Source of the DNA: Trichosphaerium sp. ATCC 40318
Taxonomy: Eukaryota; Protista; Tubulinea
Direction of reading: 5' to 3'
Assembly (NCBI GenBank): GCA_038496445.1
Contig: JALMLS010000271.1
Location: 1 to 64,000, forward strand
DNA: 64,000 nucleotides
Positions 63,712 to 64,000 of the stretch are shown piece by piece. Below the pieces are notes generated by a model that did no database searches, was not told the origin of the DNA, and saw only the letters and a program-made list of their open reading frames with translations. Position numbers and translations under genes: made by a program. Each line of letters starts with the position of its first letter. Position 1 is the first letter of the stretch.

Positions 63712-64000
63712 GTACGTCTAGTTATACTTACAAACCGCCCAAACAAACAAAAGCTATGTTGGTGGTAACCCTTTGTTGGATGTAACGCCAAAATCCTTTT
63801 TTAGCATTGCCCCCTTTAGAGGCCATAACGTTACTCCGTAAACACTATCTAGCATTTCCTCATAAATAATTTTATTCTGGTGTCGTCCAAAAATTCATTG
63901 AGAAAAAAAAAAGTTTCTTTTACAAAAAAAGTACCGCTGTACCAAAGTGATTCGAACATGTGAGTCGCTTTTCGGCACATAACGTTTTTTTTTTAATCTT

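Overview
AT-rich (~35% GC), gene-dense nuclear DNA of a microbial eukaryote. An amoeboid protist is my inference from gene content; the species cannot be determined. Genes use the standard code and have short GT-AG introns (donors mostly GTACGT/GTAAGT/GTATGT, CTAAY branch sites), so most ORF-track entries are single exons or shadow ORFs. I assembled spliced models by hand. Conserved genes: FAM91A1, a sigma-like GST, ATG27/CD-MPR-like, PEX11, an RCC1-repeat protein and a PhyH-like dioxygenase. They are interleaved with fast-evolving, duplicated families: four F-box-LRR genes, five F-box-like/MORN-variant genes (four disrupted), a ubiquitin-UBL dimer, several surface or secreted proteins, and a novel 5-exon family sitting in a multi-kb palindrome. 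Mobile or rearranged DNA: a poly(A)/17-bp-TSD retroposed insert with duplicated structured motifs, a hAT-type MITE, and an inverted segmental duplication (29.2-32.7 kb vs 44.8-47.8 kb). Most notable: (1) an intact 13-exon single-pass receptor with a cytoplasmic PARP-like ADP-ribosyltransferase domain; (2) about 70 copies of CACGTG against about 6 expected; (3) variable-repeat F-box genes next to an atypical di-ubiquitin; (4) a chromodomain-SAP protein; (5) an intron-containing bacterial-type metalloprotease. All exon boundaries and domain calls are by eye, without database searches.
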